A stretch of 55,228 nt of DNA, counting the filler, from Sluysia triapertura (lineage: Eukaryota): assembly GCA_046118255.1 (NCBI GenBank). It is 3 parts of 3 records of this genome, joined end to end, with 100 filler letters (N's around TTAATTAATTAA, not from the genome) between each part and the next. Parts side by side here need not be neighbours in the genome. Positions count along the whole stretch, not along the records: positions 1 to 19,259 come from JBJNIA010082033.1; positions 19,360 to 43,552 come from JBJNIA010195155.1; 1 more part is not named here. One strand, given 5' to 3'. This document shows positions 11,608 through 23,031 of this stretch, one piece after another (position 1 is the first letter of the stretch; each line of letters starts with the position of its first letter). The position numbers and the translations under genes were made by a program. A model generated the notes under the pieces. The model saw only the letters and a program-made list of their open reading frames with translations, searched no databases and was not told the origin of the DNA.

Positions 11608-13799
11608 TTATTCTAAATCATTTTTTATTATTTATGAAAATATTAATCATGACCGAATTAAATATTTATTATAAATTTAGATATAAATTAATCAACAGAA
11701 AATCAATAAAACGTAAAAATGTTAATTTTATTGAAAATATATAATCAATAAAACCTGTTTTTTATTCTCAAGATTAACCACTACTAAAATAACGTATTAA
11801 AAAACCTTTTGCATTTCCATATATTACTGTATGAATAATAAAAAATGGAACAAAATATCAAGCTTTCATAAGCAAATTTTGAGTAAAATATATTCTCAAG
11901 AATTATTTAAAATTATATATAGATTTTTAAACTGGCTTCTAAGGTATAATAGTGTAAAGAGTGCATATCTATAAAATTTAGTTCTGTTTAGTAATTTTCA
12001 AATTTGTTCGGGTTCCAAATAATGTGCGCATTATGAAAAACGACGTTATTCATTATGATTGTTTTTTCCGAAAAAATTTAGGATAATAAAACCCATTTAA
12101 AAACAGTTACAAAAACAACCTTTGCAGCTATTCAAATGCAATCCATTCATGGGTAATTTATATTTTTCTAAGTTCATGTTCAACTTTATATTAATTTATA
12201 TTCTAAAATATACTTATTTGTAAACTTTTTAACTTCCCAATATATTGAGGGATAATATCTACTTAAAAAATTTTAGTTATTAGATTAAGCGCTCTCGGAG
12301 TTTTAATTCATAACAAAATTATTTTTATCTTATTTCTATTATTATTAGAATTTTGTGTTTCATAAATAAAGTTATTCTTACGTTTATTTAATTATTAAAA
12401 GTTAAATAAATTTTTTTGAGAAAATATACTTTTGAGCACCTGTTAAAACCCTGACTTTATAACAGGACATAAGACGTGTACTGTAACCGGACCCTGCTCA
12501 AAAAATATTTTAGCGTAGGTTAAGTGTTAGAAAAACCACAGCAACTTCAGCTTAAATTATTCTAATATTAATAAATTGTTTTTAGTTAAGATGATATTTC
12601 GTTCTATGTAAGATCTATCAGTGTCTGCGTTTTGATATTGATGTTGAAATAGAAAATAAAACAAATTTAAATTTTTATTATTTATAATGCATTTTATTAA
12701 ACGAAAAACTGTCATAATAATAATTATAATCTCAATAACCACATAATTAATCCTAATTGATTTTGTACCAACTTAGACTTGTACAATATGGATTTATGGA
12801 TTTATACCAATGCATTTTGTGTATGTATTTAGCTATAGAAAACTCCACTTTTCACATTTATTCAGTGATATTATTTGTTACAAAAATAACCGTGCAATTA
12901 CATGACATTATGCGGGTTAATTATAAATGATTTTAATATATACATTAATTACTTTTTCCTATTGTGGTGGCTCAACTTTTTATTTAAAAATTAAGCACAT
13001 GAATAATGTAATCTCTAACAGTACAACACAATCTAAACCCAAACCATATACACAAGCATTTAAACATCTAAACAATTCAACACATAAAATCATGATAATG
13101 AAATTCTCCAAAAGTTACACCTTCAAATTATAACTAAACAATTTATTACTCTGAATCGTAAACATAACTATTTTCCTTATTTTATTAAGCAAGTAAAACT
13201 GTTATGATTCGGAAAATTATAAGATAACAACAGACAGTGTAAAGATTATTAGTCATATTTGAAATTAAAATTCGCTAAAATCGTGAAGAAGAAATCGAAA
13301 GGTTGCAGCAAAATAAGCAAGAATTTCAAAAGGAATACAAAAACGTAAAGCAAATGAAGAAAATTTAAGAAATGGAAACCTAAAACCAAGTAACTAGTTT
13401 TGTCAAATTCTTTAGAATATGAAGGAAATGTCAAAGTTTGAAGTATTATCGTAAATACGAAAATAATCATAAAATCTTTAGTAGCCTTATTTATTTGCTG
13501 AATTCCACCATTGTTACTATTCTTTAATTTTTCTTTTCTTCTTGAGTTAAATACAGTTTCTTTAAATAGAGATTTAGATTAAGAATAATTTATTTTAAAT
13601 TATGAAAGTTTTATTTTTATTATTATTATTAAATTATTTTCTCGTAATATTAATAAAGTAGAAATCAAAAATTATATATCTAAAGTCCATATTCATTCCA
13701 GATCAACTCCACTTCACATGCGACACACACACTTATGAAATAATGTAACAAGTTTTAAAACTATAATGTAGAATAACAAAATAAGTAACAAAGGTTAAA

Positions 13800-13933
13800 N
13801 NNNNNNNNNNNNNNNNNNNNNNNNNNNNNNNNNNNNNNNNNNNNNNNNNNNNNNNNNNNNNNNNNNNNNNNNNNNNNNNNNNNNNNNNNNNNNNNNNNNN
13901 NNNNNNNNNNNNNNNNNNNNNNNNNNNNNNNNN
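13800..13933. other. Assembly gap (134 N)
   Basis: Run of N. Confidence 1.
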
Positions 13934-15127
13934 AACACGCAAATAAGAGTGATACTATATTAAGACAAAGTTACGAATCAGTCACTGTGTAATGAATCTG
14001 ATAAGGCACGGCTGACAAATTTTTATTCTTTGGTATCCTAGGGTTAATAAATAGCTGGCTGTATTACATTCTAACAGGTTGACAGTGCTAAGTACATTAA
14101 GGTAAAAGGCCGAAATTTATCAAATTAAAATTATTAAATGTTTGATAATTTGATATTTCTAATACAATATATAATATGGTTTTATTATTTTTCTTTTTAT
14201 TTGTCCAATTTATGTCTGGTAACCTTAGTTTTAAGGTTTTAGAATTAAGTCAATGTCGTTTTAAAAGAGGTTTGTATAAGAGTAATTCTTCATTGTGAGT
14301 TTTAGATTGATTGGACGATACAGAGGTGTAAAAACGAATACTTAAAAAAGTTACAACACAATCATATCATACAATGTTGAAAGGAAAATTCATGAATATG
14401 GTAAATTTTTTATTATTATTGAATACTTTTTGGGGGACATTTTTATTAAGCTAGCGTTAAATTTTACTTTACAGCTTTTCGGTTATTAAGTTAGAATAGA
14501 GTTATTCCACAAGATATAAATATTATTATTATTGTTGATTTCAATTTCTTTAGATATTGGTATTTTAATTTTTGTTGTTTGTTGAGTCACCTTTGGTTTC
14601 AGAGGATAGATTATTGTCAATTTTGAAATTTAATTATTTTCATTTAGTTTACTTGTATTATTGTTCAAGAAACTTATAATAATGACTTTATTTGATTTTG
14701 TAATTATTATATTATTGACTTATTAATTTGAATTAAGAACGTAATTTTTTGGTTGTATAAGTATCATTATTAAGAAAATTTGTGATAGGCTATACTTGAT
14801 CTAGTGAATATTGAAATTTTTTGACATTTTATTTAAATTAAATTGATGTTGGTTTATTCTTACTATTAATTTCAAAGATGGAACAATAAGAATATAAAGA
14901 TTTATCTCACCATTGAGACTTGAAAGATATCGTTAAAAGCTATCACTACGAACAATTAAAATTTCCCTCATTAACGGAAAATTTATCAGAACTATTTATT
15001 TTTAGTCAATTACTCACATCCTTATCTCCATTTTTTAAAAACGTCCATAAACTTATTCTATAATAAAGGTTAAAATTAAATTAAATTATTTATATTTTAA
15101 ATTGTTTAATTCCAATAAGACACTTAC

Positions 15128-15191
15128 TGATTTTTTCACGATTTTCTTCTTCTGGTTGTTCATTGTTCATTGTTAGAAAAATGGGATCACT
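15128..15191 (-). CDS. SLC35F5: SLC35F5-like transporter, most 5' recognisable exon (N-terminal exons not found)
   Basis: ttttag|AGT GAT CCC...ATC A|gtaagt; SDPIFLTMNNEQPEEENREKI resembles SEPLYVPV of SLC35F5; the phase-1 end fits the next exon. Confidence 0.65.
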
Positions 15192-18100
15192 CTAAAATAT
15201 TGAATAAATAAAAACTAATTCGTTAAAACCATATCAAAGAACAAGTTTTAAGGATATATAAGAATTTGGAATTTTATCTTTTTTCACAAATGAAGTATCT
15301 CAACTTTATTGGTCACTATTTTTAGAAACATAAACTGGTGAGTGCGTTTTGACCCAGTAAGAAACACTATTTAAAAAACTATTCAAAACTTCGCATGTGC
15401 ACTGAAAATAAAACAGATAAAACAAAAATCTTAATAAATCCTTTTTTCGACACATTTATTATGGAAAGCCGATTGTTTGAATTTTAAAATAATGTTTCTT
15501 TTGGAAAAGTTCCACTTATCATACACGATAACACGAGATAACACCTACAATGCACACCATGTGTAATAGTTGGACAAATAATTGGACATAAAATAACTAT
15601 GATCAAAATTCAGGTTTCATTGTATTTTATGAATTGTTTACTAGGGGTTTTTTAAACGCACGATCCAAGTGTGATCAGGTAAGTATTCTATTGAATTTTT
15701 AAAATGTTTCTAATTTGAACTCCAAAAAAGCTTGTTTTAAATGTACTAATTCATAATTTTCCTCAGTTAAGTAAATAAACAATCTAAATTAGAAAAGCTG
15801 CAACTTTTTCTTTTTTCAGAAATCATTCGGGTCCACGACAAGGTTATACAAAGGATGTGAACTCAATGTAAAATTAATTGAATTTATTATCAAAATATTT
15901 AAAAACTAATGTTTCTGTTTATTATTATAATAATTATTAATATAGCGCTAAGATCATTATTGAAATAACTATTCAAAGGCAGTTAAAATACATCATTCAT
16001 CACATTTATGAAACAGAAATAAATATTACAATACAGTGATTTGACATTCTTTAACAGCTGGTTGTATATTTTTGATAAATAAAAAAAAAGATAATCCACA
16101 TTGTTTTTATTATTTCCAAGAGATATTCAGTACTTCAATAAGATAAGCATTTATAAATACCATTTTGAATTCGAATCTTACATTTACAGATAATTTGTTT
16201 AAATCTTTAAGAATAGATGTTATGTGAAATCTCTTTTGCATGAAAAATTATTCAAAACTGACTTCATGAAATATTTCCTAATATTGCATTAATTAGACTG
16301 GTAATATTCTAGTTGGATCTAACAGTCCACCTTATTATTAATAATTATTTCTAAATTCAATAACAAAAACATTTCATTTAATTTACATATTTAAGAAAAA
16401 CAAAAGCTAAAAATCAAAAATATATTCTGCTAAAACAAAATTTATCTGCTTTTTTACACCACCTTAATCAACTTTGAACAAGTTTACGTATACCTTCGTG
16501 ATACTATAAAAGGGTTTCATACACAAAATGAGAAATGTACTAACATCGAAAATTGAGACTGCTGACCTAAATAGATAATTATCTAAAAATACAATATCTA
16601 AGCTTTTTTGAATAATTAAAAATGGGTATTTTAACATTTTTCACTTTCACTTCCAAATATATACTATTAAGATCTAATAACATCTCAACAAAAATATTGT
16701 AATTCTGAAAATTAGCACGTACTCTGCCAACCATCAGTTGTGTTTGTGTCACTCGGCAGTGTCGATCATTTTATCTTTACAAATAATATCTCGGAAAGTG
16801 CTTCAGAATCTACGAGAAATAACAAAAATAACTAATATTACAATCATTCATCAAATGTTTGAGAAATTTAATGATAACAAGTCTTCAAAATGATGATTTA
16901 AAGGAGTTAGTGGCATCGGATCCTTGCCAAAGGTCAAGTTGATATTTTACAGGTATTAAATATAACGGTATTTTTGAAGTATCAAGTTATAGGAAAACAA
17001 AAGAACTACATAAATAGATAACCCATCAACAGTGTGATTTACATAAACATAAGAATTTTGTTATTCTCCGCCAAATAATAAGAGTAGGATCCGTTTTTAA
17101 TTTGTATTGTAACCTGTAATGAAAAGCATGTTACGTACGAAAATAATTGTCGTTCATCTCAGTGTATTCCAAAGTTGAATAACATCTAGTAATTTACAGC
17201 TGTTATTAAAATTTGCAACTTTCCATATCCTGATGGATCTATAAATTCTTAAAGGTACAAAAATAAGAATTCCTTTTCGAAGCACTCATTATTTTACATA
17301 TAAAACATTAGATCATTCTCCAAGTTCTCCCCATTTGATAAACTTGGTGAGTATACGTGCATACATGCATGTATCTGAGTAGAATATTTAAGTATGAATA
17401 CAGATGAAAAAATGAATTATTATTGATAAAACGAAATTGTATTATTATTGATTACTAAAAAATTATTGAAATTAATTTTAATGTTGAAATGAATTCGAGT
17501 AGACTAAAAATAAAAAATTACTTTTTGAATAGACACCTGTAATTAAATTATTGACAAAGGAAAAACATTAAAAGTTAGATATAAATTTTTAAGACAATAA
17601 CTTCTAAGATCAATCATCGTACGTACATTGAATAAAGTTTTAATCGCGTTTACGTTAAAAAATAAATTAGTAAAGATATTGGTTCCAACTAAATGGATCT
17701 CAAACTGTTTATGTTTGCTGAACGTGACATTCAGTAGACTCCATTCTAAGCTAACCCAATCTTCTCAAATATAAAAAATACCCCTTGTAAATTTCAAACA
17801 TAATATTTTCACTTGTCTAAGAAAAGTATAACATTTTAGTTAAAATCACCTTGTAAAAATCAGATTTAATTTAATATTATTATTTATAAAAATATTAATT
17901 TAGATTGGAGTTTTTTTGTTCATATTGTTTAGAAAAAGGGAAAAATTCAATACAAATTAATTAAACAAAGTTAGTCCCTACTTAAAGTATGAAGACACAA
18001 ATTTAATTATTGACACTTGACACAAATTATTTATTATTATGGGAAGACACGAAATATTTATTGAATTTTGAACGTGGCACACAAATAATTGTTATTATTG

Positions 18101-19259
18101 AATATCAAATATGTAATTATGCATATAATTTATTGATTTTAAACCTTAATTTATTACAAATTATTTGTGTACTTTTAATTTAATTTTGGACATTTAACTT
18201 TTAATTTATTTTATTTTGGATATCTAATTATTTTGAATTCATATACAAATGTAAGTAATTATTTGTTAAATTTATTTTTAATTTATCAACTTTAATTAGT
18301 GTATTAATTTTATTTTGTTTTAATTATTTTATTTTTTTATTATTATTTTTTTAAAATTTTATCAATACCGATTTATTGTGGATCAAGACTTTGGAAAATC
18401 TTTTTTTCGTTTTTCTTTAAGTTTAGGTACAATTAAGTACTTTTGTAAAATCGATAATATAAAACATTTTAGAACCATTTAAGGGTTCAATGCAAAATCT
18501 TTAATTAATATTTTTTATTGAAGATTAACCTAATTACTCTTAATTGAGTAAAATTGTATAAAAAAGAAAAAGAGCTTAACCTTGATCATTATTTTCAAGA
18601 ATTTTGTATTATAAAATAAAATTGTACGTTTTATATATATATATATATATATATATGTTCAACTTTATTTTATTAATTATGAGTTTTAAAATTTATTAAA
18701 ATCATTGTAACTGTTTTCACAAAAGCCGGTTTTTATCATCGGTATGCGTAATTTTAATTTAAAACGCGTTGTCTCGACTTTCATATAAATACAATTAAAT
18801 TACGCATAAATAAACTACTAAATTAAATTTCTTTCAATAAAAATTAAAATTTAAGTAATATATTTTTACACAATAATTGTCAATGTGTTAAACTTAAAAA
18901 AATTACTGTTCGCAACACACTATTCTGTCGATATTCAAATTCATGTCAGTAATGATGAAGAATTGTGAAAGAAATACTAAGTAAAAGCAATATAAATCAT
19001 TTACACATACCACATCGCGTCATTAAGACGTAAGTGGCTATTCGTTTCTTTGTTTTGAAAGATACATAATTTAATTAATTATAATGAATTAATTTTATTT
19101 AGTCTAAATAATAATAACCCAATACTAATACTGCATTTTTCAAAATATTTTAAGCACTTTTAGATGATTCACAATGTTTACAAGCATTTTAATGTTCATA
19201 TTACATATATTTTTTTACAATATATGCTAAACTAAAAAACATCTAACCAAAGAATGTGT

Positions 19260-19360
19260 NNNNNNNNNNNNNNNNNNNNNNNNNNNNNNNNNNNNNNNNN
19301 NNNTTAATTAATTAANNNNNNNNNNNNNNNNNNNNNNNNNNNNNNNNNNNNNNNNNNNNT
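19260..19360. other. Artificial join: N44-TTAATTAATTAA-N45
   Basis: Six-frame-stop linker centred in Ns. Confidence 0.95.
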
Positions 19361-21846
19361 CAACTTTTATAATTAAATTCAAATTGTTTTTAATCTCCAC
19401 TGTCTCAAGCGCTACATTCTGCGGTATAGCATTAGGTCCAACTCTGCAATCACATCCTAAAAAATTTATAAGATAATAATAACACTTAGAGTAAGTAAAA
19501 AAATTTTACAGTATGTTTATTCTGGAAAAATTTCATCCTTGTAAAGTCGTGCACCATTTTGATGATTTGAAACTCGAAACTACATGAAACGGATCTCATT
19601 TTTGCGTACACTTTCTATAATTACAATCTAAATCAGGATCTTGATTGATAAATTTTGGACTTGTGATGATATTGACGACATAAGTGCATAAGCTCGAGTT
19701 GTATTTTGTGATCTGATTAAGCTCTTGATTCGTTCCTGTTTCAAACGAAGCTCGTAATATATGTTGATGACCACTTTTGTTACAATAATAACGAATCATA
19801 CACATATGAATCATTGCTACAAAATTGTTGAAATTATTAATGTCTGCAAATGCAAACATGACATTGGCCAAAGGAGTCGCAATTTTACTCATGATAAATA
19901 AACCATAGATAAAATTACTAAATGTTATGAAGTACTTCATACTATTTTCCAGAGAATTAAGCTTATCAAAATTAGCCGCGATTGATTTTATTCTTAAAGC
20001 ATATGATTAGTTTTAATGTCCACATTTTTAATTACACATAATGTAGGGTTCTAAAAATTTCCTCGTGCGTCTTTCAATAACGTAGCGTTCGGGTCTACAT
20101 TTTCACCTTTGTGGCTTATGACTTTGATATATTCAATAAATTGTTTAATTTGAACAAACGTTTTGTTAACTTGTATTATACGCATCTTAATAACTTGTGT
20201 TGGACTACGCAATCTATCTAGACATAGTACAGGAACATTTGTATCTCCTCGTTTTTATTCATTTGATATACGTTTTCTCAAATTAATATTTTGATTATTT
20301 GAAGGTTCCTTTTGAAGAATAAGATCCACATAATATAAAGCATTTTTGTAATCCTTTAACTTGAGTAAAACTTATAATCCCTGATTTCAATTTTATCCGA
20401 AGCTTTATTCGTTAAATCATCAAACAATTTTATAGCCAAATTTAAGCATTATTTATTTTTCGATCGACAGAGTATGAACACATAAAAATTACGTATCTTT
20501 ATCCACACAACCTGACTGTTTTTCTTTAGCATATTTATTTCTAACACTCATAATTTCTTGATTTTTTAAAATTTTGTTTTTTGTTGGTCATCCAATCAGG
20601 GCTTTAAAAAGAGACTAATGAGTAAAATCTGTCCTGATTGGATGATGGCCAGAAAATTATAACTGACATACAACGTGTGATTGCTAATGATTAACCATCA
20701 TCAATATTGAAGATTTTGACGAGCAGTGTCAATACTAATGATGGCAGCAACTCATTCAACTATTTTGGATTATAAAAATTTTATAATAATTAATTTAATA
20801 ATTGGTAATAATAACGATAATATTATTATTATTAACAAACATAAATAAAGAACTTTTACACGATCTTGTCTTCTTTATATCTTTATTTCTTCTGACATAT
20901 AAATTGAACGGAATAAGGACGATAACGGAGTACACTATGCTCGAATTATCGTCGTTATTTCGTTGTGTGACATTGAATTCTCTAAAACTGTAGTAATTTT
21001 CTTAAACTTCTTGAAGGATTTAAACATGTTGGAATGAATTTAAAATGTATTTTGGAATAAACTTCTGAGTAGTAATTGTTTCGAAAGAATTGATAGGCAT
21101 AATTCACCTGTGAAGATATAATAAATTATATGAGTCAAAAATGAAATAGAGAATGATAGAATAAGTTCTTAAATATTGATTGAAGTTTAAGATTGAAAAT
21201 AAGGTTTAAGTATTGAAATATCGTGGATAAAAAGGTTTATTGAAAAGATTGTAATTTAATGAATCTAAAAATGATTGCAATACAACTCATTGTATATTTA
21301 AGGTGTTATTATACTATGTTTTGCGTAATTAATTTGATGTTTTGGTGTTGTAGTTTTATGTTAATGAAGATTATGCATAGATGAATAGTGCGTTTGAAAC
21401 GTTGTAATTGATTCGAAGGTGTGAAATGGGTATTTTATGTGTTTCAAGTAGATTTATTGGTGTTGCGGAATGGTGTTAACTGTAATTGTGGTTTATATGT
21501 TGTAAGTTTAAACAAATGAACTATTGAATAAATATTATTAAATATTAAGTATTAATTGTTATAGTGTACTGTAAAATAAAGGGTTCGAAAGAATTGAATA
21601 GATTATTTCGAATTTGTTTGTTATTGGGTAACCGTGAAAGTCGCGTACATGTTTTTGGTGGGTTGGTTAATGTAAATTGGTAATGTTGGGTGTAACTGTG
21701 ATTTAGATGTTGTGGATTTGTGAATATAAATTGATTTTAAAGAGCATGTAATAGATGGATGTATAACTGTTGAGATGTAATGAAAAGAGAAGGAAAAGAT
21801 GCTGGTTTTTAATAAATTTTAGTGGTTGTCAAGGTTGGCCACTACA
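19361..21846 (-). mobile_element. Family A element with Fis1-derived cargo, cut off by an assembly gap
   Basis: Terminus TGTAGTGGCCAACC at 21846; same base skew, AAGATCGTGT motif and hairpin module as 23032-25804. Confidence 0.75.
20291..20551 (-). pseudogene. FIS1: Captured, decayed Fis1 (mitochondrial fission 1) TPR domain
   Basis: Over two frameshifts and two stops: RNKYAKEKQSGCVDKDT*FLCVHTL / RSKNK*CLNLAIKLFDDLTNKASDKIEIRDYKFY / KLKDYKNALYYVDLILQKEPSNNQ, colinear with Fis1 EKAAGSVSKSTQF...RSK...QRDYVFY...RLKEYEKALKYVRGLLQTEPQNNQ. Confidence 0.85.
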
Positions 21847-23031
21847 TAAGAACGTGTAAAATAAAATAAGATTAAAACAATAAAAAAGCGCTAATACGAG
21901 AAAATCATTTTTCACAAAACATCCTTTTTTAGTAATACCGAGCGAGCCTGTTTTTATCAATGCTGTCACTGCACAGAAATTCCAAATTACTCATATTATA
22001 ATAGTTATGTTAAACATCAAATATATTTTTGATTTATATACATTTATATTTTATTATTATTTAATAAAAGTTTCCTTTTCTTTTATATAAAACATTTCTT
22101 GTATCTGTATTGACTGATTACTTTGTATAAAAATTACAATTAACCAATCAAAACAATTTCAATTAATATTAAATGATATAATTTCATAATATCCTCTTTG
22201 GAAATAAGAGAAAGTTGAATTATAAAAATAATTATAAAAATGAATTTAAATAATTTTAAATCAAGATTTGGTTTAATCCAGAATTTGTATTTAAAGAAGC
22301 ACAAGTAAAATCATCAGTGAATCACTTAGTAAGACCAAATTTCTAATTAAGGAGTTTCTAATATTTTGGAGAAAATATTAGATTCTTCATAACAAATTTG
22401 ATTTTAATAAATTTGAAAGAATTAATACTAAAAATTATTAAATGTATAGATTTTATGTAAAATTTTATAAAATATTATATTATATAATATTATTATGTAA
22501 TATAACGATACCATCCAACTGAAACCATTAAACAAACAAATCAATAAAAGCGACTGAGAACAATTAGTAAACATAATCCACCAAATGAACGAAAATTTAC
22601 ACAAATACGTTCGGATTTCAAGCAACCTTCTCTGGAAAGTAATAAACTACCAGATAAAATCAACATTACACTAAAAACAAGTCAATCAACTCCCAACAAT
22701 ACAGGTACCGACCACAATAAATCAATTATAAACCCTGTAGTATCGATAGAAGGTACTTTATCGCATTTACAAGGTCATAAAGCAAGACCCTTAAGAACAC
22801 CGCATACTACTCTCCAAACAACCACCACGTCGAAACAACTCATCAGACATAATGAAACACACACACACCTCATTTAGACAAACCTTCACAAACGAAATGA
22901 AGACATCCAACTCAAATACATTCAACATATAACACTTTACCACCTATACCACCAATAAACTATCACACTCATATACAACTCGCAAATCCTTTTTAACAAA
23001 ATCAAACACATACAATAAAGTAGTAGGGTAC

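Noticed and set aside
16493-16566. Possible upstream SLC35F5 exon (SAVSIFDVSTFLILCMKPFYSITK)
   Set aside because: Splice sites are plausible but the protein match is limited to KPF; insufficient support
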